Assembly: GCA_963804185.1 (NCBI GenBank) | Contig: CAWDPM010000018.1 | Location: forward strand, 156,848-220,847 | DNA: 64,000 nucleotides | Direction: 5' to 3' | DNA from: an uncultured Candidatus Rokubacteria bacterium | GTDB taxonomy: Bacteria > Methylomirabilota > Methylomirabilia > Rokubacteriales > DASRDR01 | Part shown: one piece after another, positions 31,319 to 41,070 of the stretch | Position numbering within the stretch: position 1 is the stretch's first letter | Layout of the letters: each line of letters opens with the position of its first letter | Translations under genes and position numbers: made by a program | Notes under the pieces: generated by a model | What the model was told of the DNA's origin: nothing | The model's input: only the letters and a program-made list of their open reading frames with translations | Database searches by the model: none

Positions 31319-31557
31319 TGGGCTGCCCGGTCTGTGAGCCGGTGTAGGCCGGTCATCGACAGGAGCCTATCGTCAGCGCTCGGAGGCCGTCAAGTCCGGG
31401 GTCAGCTGGTGCGTGGTCAGCTGGGGCGAGGAGTTGACGAGCCCGGTGGAAGATGGTGTGGTTTCAGCGGCCCGGCAGTCCACACGCGTCCGCGGCGCTG
31501 CTCCTCGATGCCGAAGAGCTTGGGGCTCGTGGGGGTGGACGACGGAGGAGGAAAGCG

Positions 31558-32115
31558 ATGACGGAACGCATCATCCTGCGAACAGGCGAGGCGCTCGTGG
31601 CCGGAGGGCCGCCGGGAACGGCGGCGGAGCCCGAGGTCGTGATCGGCGCCCTGGACGGTCCGGTCGGCACCGCGATGGCCACGCTCATCGGCGCCCAGGT
31701 CAAGGGGCACACCCGCGTCTTCGCGCTCCTCAACACCGACGTGCAGGTCCGCCCCGCCACCCTGATGGTCAGCAAGGTCACGGTCCGGGGCGAGAAGGCA
31801 ACCAAGTACACGAACATCCTCATGGGTACCGTGCAGGCGGCGATCGCGCATGGCGTGCTCGACGCGGTGCGCTCGGGCGACCTCCCGAGGAGCCAGGTGA
31901 ACGAGCTTGGCATCATCTGCGCCGTCTGGCTGGCCCCGACCATCGTCGACGTGGCCGACCTCGATCACCGGATGCTGTTCGACATCCATCGCCGCGGGAT
32001 GGCGAAGGCGATAGGCAAGGCCATGCGCCACGAGCCGTCGATCGACTGGTTGCTCGAGAACCAGGACAAGGTCGTGCACCGGTATTTCCAGATGGGAGTC
32101 GAGGGCAAGATCTAG
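31558..32115 (+). CDS. Formaldehyde-activating enzyme (Fae/Fhm family) homologue
   Basis: 185 aa. GEALVAGGPPGTAAEPEVVIGALDGPVG and RPATLMVSKVTV align with Fae ([22 protein letters not shown]...KPNTLMFNKVTI). There is a good RBS (GGAGGAGG) upstream. Confidence 0.6.
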   Translation: MTERIILRTGEALVAGGPPGTAAEPEVVIGALDGPVGTAMATLIGAQVKGHTRVFALLNTDVQVRPATLMVSKVTVRGEKATKYTNILMGTVQAAIAHGVLDAVRSGDLPRSQVNELGIICAVWLAPTIVDVADLDHRMLFDIHRRGMAKAIGKAMRHEPSIDWLLENQDKVVHRYFQMGVEGKI

Positions 32116-32446
32116 GTCGCGCTCCGGGCCGGTCGTGCCTGCCGCGAGTGATCGTCCTCGTCGAGTGCTCCCGCGCCGGCTCCCGATCCGGAGCCCGGCC
32201 TCGGGCACCCGTCGAGGATTCCGCTGGGCCTTTCTGCGGGGTTGGCAAGCCGAGGCTACGATTTCCGTGCACGCCGGGACGGGCCACGGTATACTGACGC
32301 CCGTCTGGTTCTGACCGCAGGTTCATCTCCGAGCCCGAGTCCCTCTCAGACCGCGGATCCCCGCCCCCTCTTCCGCACGGTGGGACGCGACGTCAACATC
32401 GCGGAAGACTGGCTGGGCCCAGGTTTGCCCCGAGGGACTCTCACCC

Positions 32447-33700
32447 ATGTCGTTCAACACGTTTGACCTTCACCCCGACCTCCTGCGCGCCGTCGCCGCT
32501 CTCGGCTTCGAGACGCCCACCCCGATCCAGCGGGACGCCATCCCGCCGGTTCTCGCGGGCCGGGACGTCCTGGCGTGCGCCATGACCGGGAGCGGCAAGA
32601 CCGCGGCCTTCCTCCTCCCGATTCTCCAGCGCCTGATCGGGCGCCCGCGTGGCGTCACGCGCGCCCTCGTCCTCGCCCCCACGCGCGAGCTGGCCGCGCA
32701 GATCGACGAGCACCGGCAGGAGCTGGCCCGTCACGCTCGCCTCACCGGGGCCGCCGTCTTCGGCGGGGTCGGCTACGTCCCCCAGGAGCAGGCGTTCCGC
32801 CGCGGGGTCGACGTCCTCGTGGCCACGCCGGGCCGCCTGTTGGACCACCTGGGTCAGTCCCACGGCCGCCTGCCCGGCCTGGACGTGCTGGTGCTCGACG
32901 AGGCGGACCGCATGCTCGACATGGGCTTTCTGCCGGACATCCGTCGATTGCTCCGGCAGCTCCCGGCTCGCCGCCAGACCCTCCTCTTCTCGGCGACGAT
33001 GCCATCGCCGATCGTGGCGCTCGCCCGCGAGATCCTGCGCGAGCCCGTGACCATTGCCGTGGAGCGCCCGGCGGCGCCGGCCACCGGCATCACCCACACC
33101 GCGTACCCGGTCGCGACCGAGCTGAAGTCGCGCCTCCTCCTTGCGCTCCTCGAGCGTCGCGACACCCGCAGCGTCCTCGCTTTCACGCGAACGAAACACC
33201 GCGCCAACCGCCTCGCCGAGTTCCTCGGCCGGAACGGCGTGCGAGTGGAGCGGATTCACGGGAACCGTAGCCAGGCTCAGCGGACACAGGCCCTCGCGGG
33301 CTTCAAGCGCGGGCACTTCCAGGTGCTGGTGGCCACGGACATCGCCGCGCGGGGCATCGACATCGACGCCCTGAGTCACGTGGTGAACTTCGACGTTCCG
33401 CCGTTGCCCGAGGACTACATCCATCGCGTGGGCCGGACCGCGCGGGCCGACGCCCTGGGCGATGCGCTGACGCTCGTCGCCCCGGGTGAGGAAGCGGATC
33501 TTCGCACCATCGAACGGGCCATCGGGACTCGGATCGCCCGGGCCACCCTCCCGGGTTTCGACTACGGTCAGCGGCCGTCCGAACGACTGGAGGTCCCCCT
33601 TGCCGAGCGCATCGCCGCGATCCGGGCCCAGCGGGCCAGTCAGGGACATCGCCGAGCGGCTGGCGGGCGCCGGCACACGGCGGCGGTTGTCGGCCGGTAG
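32447..33700 (+). CDS. DEAD-box ATP-dependent RNA helicase (RhlE-like)
   Basis: Q-motif, Walker A AMTGSGKTAAF, DEAD box VLDEADRML, SAT, and HRVGRTARA motif VI. It has a long (approx. 330 nt) 5' leader. Confidence 0.9.
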   Translation: MSFNTFDLHPDLLRAVAALGFETPTPIQRDAIPPVLAGRDVLACAMTGSGKTAAFLLPILQRLIGRPRGVTRALVLAPTRELAAQIDEHRQELARHARLTGAAVFGGVGYVPQEQAFRRGVDVLVATPGRLLDHLGQSHGRLPGLDVLVLDEADRMLDMGFLPDIRRLLRQLPARRQTLLFSATMPSPIVALAREILREPVTIAVERPAAPATGITHTAYPVATELKSRLLLALLERRDTRSVLAFTRTKHRANRLAEFLGRNGVRVERIHGNRSQAQRTQALAGFKRGHFQVLVATDIAARGIDIDALSHVVNFDVPPLPEDYIHRVGRTARADALGDALTLVAPGEEADLRTIERAIGTRIARATLPGFDYGQRPSERLEVPLAERIAAIRAQRASQGHRRAAGGRRHTAAVVGR

Positions 33701-33746
33701 GGACTGGCCCCGATGGCTCTAGCCTGACCCGGCTGGACGAGGTGCG

Positions 33747-34817
33747 TCAGACCGACGGGCGCGTCCGATCCGGGCCCGCGAGTTCACCCGACGGCACGTC
33801 GGCGGCCCCTCCGGTCGGGGCCGAGGCGCGCCCGGCCGTTGCGGCGCCTGCGCCGGCGGAGGGTGTCTTGGGGCCGCGCATGGTCGCGAGGCAGATGTAA
33901 CCGATGAGGATCCAGACACCTTCCCGGAACCGGCGCGCGACACCGAAGGCCAGCCCGGTGCTCGATTCGAGGCCGAGCAGGGCGAAGATGCCGACGAGCC
34001 CTCCCTCGAACACGCCGATCGATCCTGGAATCAGGAACCCGACCGCGCGTACGCCGGTCGCGCCCGCTTCGATGACCAGCGCGGTCAGGAGCGACACCGG
34101 CGCGCCGAGCAGGACCAGCATTAGCCACGTCTCGAGTGCGCCGGCGGCCCACCCCACGAGGCTCAGACCGAGGGTCGCCGCCGCCCGCCCGCGCCGTTCC
34201 CGGTAATACCAGCGAAGGTCGGCGTCGAGCCGCGCGCCTCCGGCCGCGACGCGGTGGCCCAGTCCGATCCATGCGAGCGCCCGCCCACCCAGCCGGAACA
34301 TTCCTCGGACCTGCGCCCACGCGAAACCCGCCGTCGAGAGCGCCATGTAGGCCGCGAGCAGGGCAAGCATCGAAAGCATCGCCGGCGACGTGTCCGAGAG
34401 CCCCCACGCGAGGAGCAGGGCGCCTGCGATGAACGCTGCCAGCGATGCGACGAGTGCCGTCTTGGCCACCACGACCGAGACGAGCCCCTCCTCGACGGGC
34501 ACCCCCGCACCTACGCGCACGAGGAGGAACGCCTTCAGGGCTTCCCCGCCCATCGTGCCAGTCGGCGTGGTCTCGTTCACCGCCTCGCCAGCGAGGCGGA
34601 CCGGAAAGAGAAGCCCGAACCGCGGGCGCGTCCGGGGGAACGCCGTGCCCCATCCCACCGTCTTGAAGACGTTCGTCACGAGCTGGGGAAGGAGAATCAG
34701 CGGGAGACGCCAGGAGAGCTTGCGCAGCTCGGCGATGAGCGCGGAGACCCCGATTTCCCAGACGAGCCAGACGAGGATGCCGCCCCCCGCCAGGATGGCC
34801 AGCGGGCGGAGCGCCTT
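33747..34817 (-). CDS. UPF0104 / lysyl-phosphatidylglycerol-synthase-TM-like ('flippase-like') membrane protein
   Basis: Polytopic. It is a paralogue of the 44275-45291 gene (shared patterns LLVRVGAG..EEGLVSVVVAKTA and ALVIEAGATGVR). The start is uncertain; the ORF extends to 35000 but the N-terminal approx. 60 aa look non-native. Confidence 0.55.
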   Translation of the reverse strand, partial: KALRPLAILAGGGILVWLVWEIGVSALIAELRKLSWRLPLILLPQLVTNVFKTVGWGTAFPRTRPRFGLLFPVRLAGEAVNETTPTGTMGGEALKAFLLVRVGAGVPVEEGLVSVVVAKTALVASLAAFIAGALLLAWGLSDTSPAMLSMLALLAAYMALSTAGFAWAQVRGMFRLGGRALAWIGLGHRVAAGGARLDADLRWYYRERRGRAAATLGLSLVGWAAGALETWLMLVLLGAPVSLLTALVIEAGATGVRAVGFLIPGSIGVFEGGLVGIFALLGLESSTGLAFGVARRFREGVWILIGYICLATMRGPKTPSAGAGAATAGRASAPTGGAADVPSGELAGPDRTRPSV

Positions 34818-35231
34818 CACGGGCGGCGCGCGGGCGAGAGGAGTGACGCCGAAGGATGTGCGGAGCAAGTCTCGTGGCAGCTCACCGAGGATGCATCTTA
34901 CGCCAAGGAGCGCAAGCGGCGGGGGTGTTGCGGGCGGAAACCCTCCCCTCCGCACCCGGGATCCCGCAGGGGCGTCGGCCGACCACGAGCCGACCGGCAT
35001 CGGGAGGCTCCGGCTGGCCGATGTCAGGCCCGCGCAGGCGGGAGGCGCTTGACGCTCGCGTGGGCATCGGGCATGGTTCTTACGTTCCCGAGCGGGAGGT
35101 GCGGATGCGACGGCCCCCGGGCGCGCCCGCGGACCGTGGCACGGCCCGGAGCCTTCTCACCTGTGGGCAACGGGAGGTCCGCTCGGGTCAAGGGTTAGCG
35201 AAGTCGCCATTCCAGAAATGGAGGACCATCC

Positions 35232-36779
35232 ATGCGCGTGCCGCTGAACGTCTGGGACTACCTCGAACGCGCGGCTTGCGTTCACGGCAGCCGCGTGGCG
35301 GTGGTGGACGAGCCGAACGTGCTCGGCTCGCTGGGCCGGCTGACCTACGCCCAGCTCGAGGGGCGCGCGCGCGGCATGGCCATCGCGCTCGATCGGATGG
35401 GCGTGGGAGACGGGGAGCGAGTCGCGATCGTCAGCCCGAACGCCGCCCGTGTCCTGGTCGCTTTTTTCGGTGTGAGCGGCTTCAACCGCATCGTCGTGCC
35501 CGCCAACTTCCGGCTCACCGCCGACGAGATCCGCTACATCGTCGATCACTCCGGGGCCTCGGTGCTCCTGGTGGACCCCGAGCTCGACCAGGCGCTGGCG
35601 TCCGTGAAGGCCAGGCACCGGATCGTGATGGACGGCGTTCACGATGCCGAGCTGTTCGCGGAGGCGCCGGCGGGTGCGATGCCTCGGCGCCGCGAGATCG
35701 ACGAGAACGAGACCGCGAGCATCAACTACACGTCCGGCACCACCGCGCGGCCGAAGGGTGTGCAGGTGACCCACCGCTGCATCTGGCTCAACGCCGCGAT
35801 CTTCGGCTGGCACACCGGCGTCTCCGAGCGTGAGGTCTACCTCCACACGCTCCCCATGTTCCACTGCAACGGCTGGGGCATGTGCTACGCCGTGACCGGC
35901 ATGGCTGGCCGGCACATCGTCCTGCGGAAGGTCGACGGCGAGGAGATCCTGCGGCGTGTCGAGTCCGAAGGCGTCAGTCTCATGTGCGGGGCTCCCGCGG
36001 TGGTGGCCGCGATCCTGGGCGGGGCCGAGCGGCGGCGCGCGGCGGGCCGCGATGTCCCGGGCCGGGGCACCGTGCGGATGATCGTGGCGGGCGCTCCGCC
36101 CCCCTCGAAGCTCATCGCGCGCATGCAGGACGAGCTCGGGTGGGAGTTCATCCAGATCTACGGGCTCACCGAGACGTCGCCGCTTCTCACCTTCAACCGC
36201 GCGGGGCCGGAGCTCGACGGGCTGGCGAACGAGGAGAGGGCGCGCCTGCTGGCGCGCACCGGCGTGCCGGCGCTCGGCGTGCAGATCCGCGTGGACGAGC
36301 ACGGGGAGGTGCTCGCGCGCTCGAACCACGTGTTCGAGGGCTACTGGGAGCAGCCGGCGGAGACGGCCAAGGCCATCGTGGACGGCTGGTTCCACACCGG
36401 CGACGGCGGCTACATGGACGGGCCGTATCTCGTGATCAGCGACCGGAAAAAGGACGTCATCATCACCGGCGGCGAGAACGTGTCGTCGATCGAGATCGAG
36501 GACTGCCTCTTCCAGCACCCGGCCGTGGCCGAGGCAGCGGTGATCGGGGTGCCTGACGAGAAGTGGGGCGAGACGATCAAGGCGCTGGTCGTCTTGAAGC
36601 CGGGCACGGCGGCGACCGAGCAGGAGCTCGTCGACTTCTGCCGCGCCCGGATGGCTCACTTCAAGTGCCCGACCTCCTTCGAGATACGCAGCGAGCTGGC
36701 GCGCACCGCCACCGGTAAGCTGCAGAAGTTCAAGCTGCGCGAGCCGTACTGGAAGGGGCACGAGCGTCGCGTGAGCTGA
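35232..36779 (+). CDS. Acyl-CoA synthetase (AMP-dependent synthetase/ligase)
   Basis: YTSGTTARPKGV, YGLTET, GWFHTGD...KDVIITGGENV. Confidence 0.85.
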   Translation: MRVPLNVWDYLERAACVHGSRVAVVDEPNVLGSLGRLTYAQLEGRARGMAIALDRMGVGDGERVAIVSPNAARVLVAFFGVSGFNRIVVPANFRLTADEIRYIVDHSGASVLLVDPELDQALASVKARHRIVMDGVHDAELFAEAPAGAMPRRREIDENETASINYTSGTTARPKGVQVTHRCIWLNAAIFGWHTGVSEREVYLHTLPMFHCNGWGMCYAVTGMAGRHIVLRKVDGEEILRRVESEGVSLMCGAPAVVAAILGGAERRRAAGRDVPGRGTVRMIVAGAPPPSKLIARMQDELGWEFIQIYGLTETSPLLTFNRAGPELDGLANEERARLLARTGVPALGVQIRVDEHGEVLARSNHVFEGYWEQPAETAKAIVDGWFHTGDGGYMDGPYLVISDRKKDVIITGGENVSSIEIEDCLFQHPAVAEAAVIGVPDEKWGETIKALVVLKPGTAATEQELVDFCRARMAHFKCPTSFEIRSELARTATGKLQKFKLREPYWKGHERRVS

Positions 36780-36830
36780 GCTGGCCCATCGGCGCGGAGT
36801 ACAGCCCCTCGGAGGCTCAGGCGGCGCGGG

Positions 36831-37544
36831 CTAGATGTCCGTGCCCGTCCCGGTGATGTGGGCGCTCCAGTAGTGGTGCGTCTTGGCCACGACCGTGACG
36901 ACGCTCTTGACCTGGTCGGCCAGCGCAAAGCTGGGATCGGCGGGCACGAGGAGCCGCTCCTCGTCGCAGCGGGCGTCGACGTTCTCCAGGATGATTGTCG
37001 CGCACAGCCAGGCCGCCATCCGGGACGACTCGCACGTGATCGCCAGCCAGCCTGACGGCGCCGGCTCGGAGTAGAGCCCTGTCGTCTCCCAGATGCCCCG
37101 GCGGATCTCTTCGATCGCGCCGGGCCCGTCGCTCGACGTGCCGGGGATTGCCAGCGCCACGAGCGCGCTCTCGGGGCCGCGGTGGGGCGGGCCCCCGAAT
37201 AGGGCGAGCTCGCAGAAGCCGCTCCACATCGCGCGCCAATCGGGACGGCCGTCGGGCCGCCAGATGAACGGTGCCGAGGACATGGGGGCGCCGGCGGCCG
37301 GGCCGGGCTCGATGACCTCTCGCAGTCCGGCCGGGCCCTCGCTCAGTGCCATCGCGATTCTCGGGCCCGTTTCGGCCGACCCGTCGAGCCGCCAGAGCTC
37401 CACTGGGCTTCCAAGGAACTCCGCGAGCAGGCGGCACTGGACACGCCAGTCGTCCACGATGCTGTGCGGGATCTCGACCGGGCACACGAGCAGCACGTGT
37501 GTAGACAAGGCGCCTTCCTCGTTGAGGTAGTATGGAGGTTCCAT
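36831..37544 (-). CDS. Hypothetical protein (237 aa)
   Basis: Long ORF with coding-like composition; no recognisable family. Confidence 0.4.
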   Translation of the reverse strand: MEPPYYLNEEGALSTHVLLVCPVEIPHSIVDDWRVQCRLLAEFLGSPVELWRLDGSAETGPRIAMALSEGPAGLREVIEPGPAAGAPMSSAPFIWRPDGRPDWRAMWSGFCELALFGGPPHRGPESALVALAIPGTSSDGPGAIEEIRRGIWETTGLYSEPAPSGWLAITCESSRMAAWLCATIILENVDARCDEERLLVPADPSFALADQVKSVVTVVAKTHHYWSAHITGTGTDI

Positions 37545-37572
37545 CAGTGCGCGGTCCGGAGAGCGAATGTCA

Positions 37573-37818
37573 ATGGCACTCTACGACTTCCGTTGCACTC
37601 TCTGCGGCCTCGAGTTCGAGGTGTCCCGGCCCATGGCCGAGGCTGGGGAGCCTGCCCTCTGTCCCGTCGATGGCGCGCAGAGCCAGCGGTCCTTCACGAT
37701 GCCGATGACCTTCTCCAAGTCGAGGACTCCGAAACGCTCCGCTCCGACCGCTCCGGCGCGGGGCTTTCGCCATCACGGTCACCGCCACGCTCCGGGCACG
37801 GGCTCACATAGCCACTGA
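37573..37818 (+). CDS. FmdB-family zinc-ribbon protein
   Basis: MALYDFRCTLCGLEFEV...ALCPVDG is the CxxC...C zinc-ribbon pattern of the FmdB family. The C-terminal tail is low-complexity. Confidence 0.55.
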   Translation: MALYDFRCTLCGLEFEVSRPMAEAGEPALCPVDGAQSQRSFTMPMTFSKSRTPKRSAPTAPARGFRHHGHRHAPGTGSHSH

Positions 37819-37856
37819 GTCGACCTCCAGGCCGGGCCCGGTTCACCTTCGGTAGC

Positions 37857-38240
37857 TCAGTCGACTCCATCCGTCCGCGAGCGGCGCCGCATCGAGTCGA
37901 GAAAGGCGTCGAGCTCGGCGTCGGTGGCGAAGACATCCGTGGACGGCAGGGCCTTCACGATGTCGAACACCTGTCGCACTGACGGCTGCAGATGGGCCAC
38001 CGCCACCCCGCCTCCGCGGGACTCGAGCGTCTTCCGGGCCTTGACTAGGACGCGGATGCCCGCGCTCCCGACGTATTCCAGGCCGGCCAGGTCGAAGAGG
38101 GCGGCGGTCACGGCGGGCGATTCGAGGACGGGTCGGAGGCGATCCTCCAGCGCCGGAGCGGTCTCGGTATCGAGGCGCCCGCGGAGCGACACGCGACGGC
38201 CTCCGTAGCCCACTTCGGTGATTTCGATGTCGAGTCCCAT
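37857..38240 (-). CDS. STAS-domain anti-sigma-factor antagonist (SpoIIAA-like)
   Basis: DLAGLEYVGSAGIRVLVKA is typical of STAS/SpoIIAA. Confidence 0.75.
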   Translation of the reverse strand: MGLDIEITEVGYGGRRVSLRGRLDTETAPALEDRLRPVLESPAVTAALFDLAGLEYVGSAGIRVLVKARKTLESRGGGVAVAHLQPSVRQVFDIVKALPSTDVFATDAELDAFLDSMRRRSRTDGVD

Positions 38241-38464
38241 GAAAGCCTCCAGGGGTCAATCTTCGGTCGTATCCGTCGCGTCCGATGCCGAGACGCGGGT
38301 CGGACATGCCGGGTGCCTCCGTACCAGTGCGTGGCGCTCGTCAGCGTAGACGAGTCGGCGGCCGCAAGCCAGGGGGGCCCTGAGTTGGACGGTGCCGGCA
38401 GCCGCGCTACACTGACGGCGACGACATGGCCGCGTCGTTCATGGAGGCCGGTAGCCCGGTGGCT

Positions 38465-38860
38465 TCACACGCTGCGCACCCCCGGTTCCTGCGGTGCTCG
38501 GGTCGCGGGGACGACCGTGAAGCCGAGCACCCGCATGAGGGCGTCGGTCGGGTTGGCGGGTGGACGACGGCGATCGCCCTGCCGGCGGTCCTGGGCGACG
38601 AGATGAGCCGCGCGGCGTCGCTCCGAGACCCGACGGTCCAGGATCACCTGCCCGCGGCCTGAAGTTTCCTGGGGAAACCGCAGGAACTCGGCGAGCTCGG
38701 CCAGCGCGAGGCTGACGATTACGAGATCCTCGGGCGAGGGGCCCAGGCGAACCCTGCCCCTGTGACTGGCCTTTCCCCCTTGCGTCCCCTGCGTCTGGCC
38801 GTCGTGCGGCGCCCGCGACGTCGATCCCATGGCTGACTTGGTGGAGAACGCCCGTCTCAT
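38465..38860 (-). CDS. Hypothetical protein (possible)
   Basis: ORF with high GC3 bias upstream of the STAS gene on the same strand. Arg-rich; no family recognised. Confidence 0.2.
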   Translation of the reverse strand: MRRAFSTKSAMGSTSRAPHDGQTQGTQGGKASHRGRVRLGPSPEDLVIVSLALAELAEFLRFPQETSGRGQVILDRRVSERRRAAHLVAQDRRQGDRRRPPANPTDALMRVLGFTVVPATRAPQEPGVRSV

Positions 38861-39181
38861 CGCAGGCTCGAGGATGCCAAAGGGAGCCTTGGAGCTCCAA
38901 GCCTTATCGAGCGTCTCCGGGAGAGGCGTGGCGCGCAGGGGCCGGCTGGCTGAACCACTCCACCGCGCCGGTCACCGGTGCAGCGGCACCGCAGAGGGTG
39001 AGGATCGCAGGGAAGTTAAGATCCCGCCGAATAAGGCATCCTACCGCACCCGGGTCAGTCCGGAGGGCCTGGCCTGGGCCCGGGCATCGGGTTCTTTCCT
39101 CGGGAGCGGCCAGGGGCCTGGCGTTCTCCTCCCTGGGCGGCCGGCCCCGATCGGGCACTCACGGGTCACGCCAGCGACGAG

Positions 39182-40279
39182 TTATTCGCTCGTTCCGCTC
39201 ACACTGTCCGACAGCTTCGGAGCGCCGGGTTCCTCGGCGAAGCGGAAGAGCGCGATCGCGAGGGCAACGATCACGGGGCCAAGGAACATCCCGATGGCGC
39301 CGAAGGCAGCGAGCCCACCCAGGAGGCCGAGGAAAACGGCGAAGGTCGGCAGGCCGGCGCGGCCGGACACGACGAGAGGCTTGATGACGTTGTCGATGGA
39401 GGCCACCAGTCCGATCGACCAGATCAGGAAGAAGATCGCGGCCCACGTCCGCCCTTGCACGAGCAAAACGAGGGCCGCCGGGACCCAGACGAGCGCGGTG
39501 CCGACGAAGGGCACCACCGATGCCAGCGCGGACAGCACTCCGAACACGACCGGCGAGGGCAGGCCGACGATCGCGAAGCCGGTCCCCAGGAGTGCGCCTT
39601 GGACCACTGCCGTGAGCAGCGTGCCGAGCACGAGCGCGCGGGTGACGGACGACAAGTGGTCGAGGAGCGCGGTCTTTCGTTTCTCCTCCATCGGTACCAG
39701 ACGCATCGCCCGTCGCACCAGCTCCTCGCCGTCCCGAAGGAAGAAGAAGAGCAGGAACAGCATGAGCACGAGGCCCACCATCGCCCCGAGCACGCTGGCC
39801 AGCGCGGCCCCGCTCACCCCGACCAGCGTCAGGAGGAAGCTGCGCCCGTTCTCGATCAGCCAGGCCTGGATCTGATCGGCGGTGATCGGCGCGTATGACC
39901 CGATCCAGTCGATCGCCCGGGAGGCGAGCGGGATCCGGAGCAGATCGCTCAGCCGCGAGACGTGGTAACCCTCGGCGACGTGCTGGATGCGAGTCACGAG
40001 CTCCCCGGCCTGGGTGGCGAAGGCCACCGCGATCAGTGACGCCGGCACCATGATGAGGAGAACCCCGGCGAGCGTCAGCAGGAGCGCAGCCAGGCCCCGC
40101 CGGCCCCGCAGGGCACGTCGGAGCGCGTCGTTTAGCGGGTAGAGGAGGAAGGCGAGAAGGAACGCCCAGAGGATCGCCCCCGCAAAGGGCAGGGCCATGA
40201 GCACCAAGGTATAGGCGAGGAGGCCTGCCGTGACGAGCGCGAAGACCTTCGGATAGAAGCCCTCGTCGGTGTGATTCAC
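39182..40279 (-). CDS. AI-2E family transporter (PerM/YhhT, UPF0118)
   Basis: Eight-TM topology with conserved LLAFLLYPL and GLLGGLAAFGAIGMFLGPVIVAL. Confidence 0.8.
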   Translation of the reverse strand: MNHTDEGFYPKVFALVTAGLLAYTLVLMALPFAGAILWAFLLAFLLYPLNDALRRALRGRRGLAALLLTLAGVLLIMVPASLIAVAFATQAGELVTRIQHVAEGYHVSRLSDLLRIPLASRAIDWIGSYAPITADQIQAWLIENGRSFLLTLVGVSGAALASVLGAMVGLVLMLFLLFFFLRDGEELVRRAMRLVPMEEKRKTALLDHLSSVTRALVLGTLLTAVVQGALLGTGFAIVGLPSPVVFGVLSALASVVPFVGTALVWVPAALVLLVQGRTWAAIFFLIWSIGLVASIDNVIKPLVVSGRAGLPTFAVFLGLLGGLAAFGAIGMFLGPVIVALAIALFRFAEEPGAPKLSDSVSGTSE

Positions 40280-40521
40280 GAAGCCTCCCCTCCGCAGGGC
40301 GTCCCGGCGCCAGTCACGGTGTGGCCGCGAACATGATACATGCCGGACGCAGCTACCATCATGTCCCGCCGGGCGGCACGCCTTCTTCCCGGCGGCCGAT
40401 CCCGGGAGGCGTAGTATGGATCCCGAGCGGGATTGCTGGCTCCGGAGCGAACGGCCGTCCGGCTGGCTCGTCCAGCGATAGGAAGGGGCCAGGCAGCGCC
40501 GGAGCGAGGGGAGGCGTCGAG

Positions 40522-40995
40522 ATGAGCAAGAGCCAGGTGAAGCCGGTTCCCGAGGGACATCACAGCGTTACCCCGTACCTGGTCGTCGATGGCGCCGCGA
40601 GGGCCCTGGACTTCTACCGGCGCGTCTTCGGCGCCGCTGAACGGATGCGGATGCCGGGCCCCGACGGCAAGGTAGGACACGCCGAGATCAGCATAGGCGA
40701 CTCGGTGATCATGCTGGCGGACGAGCACCCGGAGGTCGGGGCCCGCGGCCCTCGGGCGTTCGGCGGCTCGCCGGTGAGCCTCATGCTCTATGTCGCGGAC
40801 GTGGATGCCACGGTCAAGACGGCGGTGGCTGCGGGAGCGAAGATCCTCCGGCCCGTGGAGGACAAGTTCTACGGCGACCGGTCAGGCAGCATAGAGGATC
40901 CCTTCGGTCACCACTGGCACATCTCCACGCACAAGGAGGACGTGCCGCCCGACGAGATGAAGCGCCGGGCCGCCGCCCTGACCAAGTCGGCTTAG
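40522..40995 (+). CDS. VOC-family (glyoxalase/bleomycin-resistance/PhnB-like) protein
   Basis: VTPYLVVDGAARALDFYRRVFGA...HAEISIGDSVIMLADE...KFYGDRSGSIEDPFGHHWHI. Confidence 0.8.
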   Translation: MSKSQVKPVPEGHHSVTPYLVVDGAARALDFYRRVFGAAERMRMPGPDGKVGHAEISIGDSVIMLADEHPEVGARGPRAFGGSPVSLMLYVADVDATVKTAVAAGAKILRPVEDKFYGDRSGSIEDPFGHHWHISTHKEDVPPDEMKRRAAALTKSA

Positions 40996-41070
40996 CAACA
41001 GACCGCATTCCCGGGCGCTCGGGGCACGGCGTGGGCTCCTGGTGACGATGTCTGGCCCGGCGGGGGCGGA

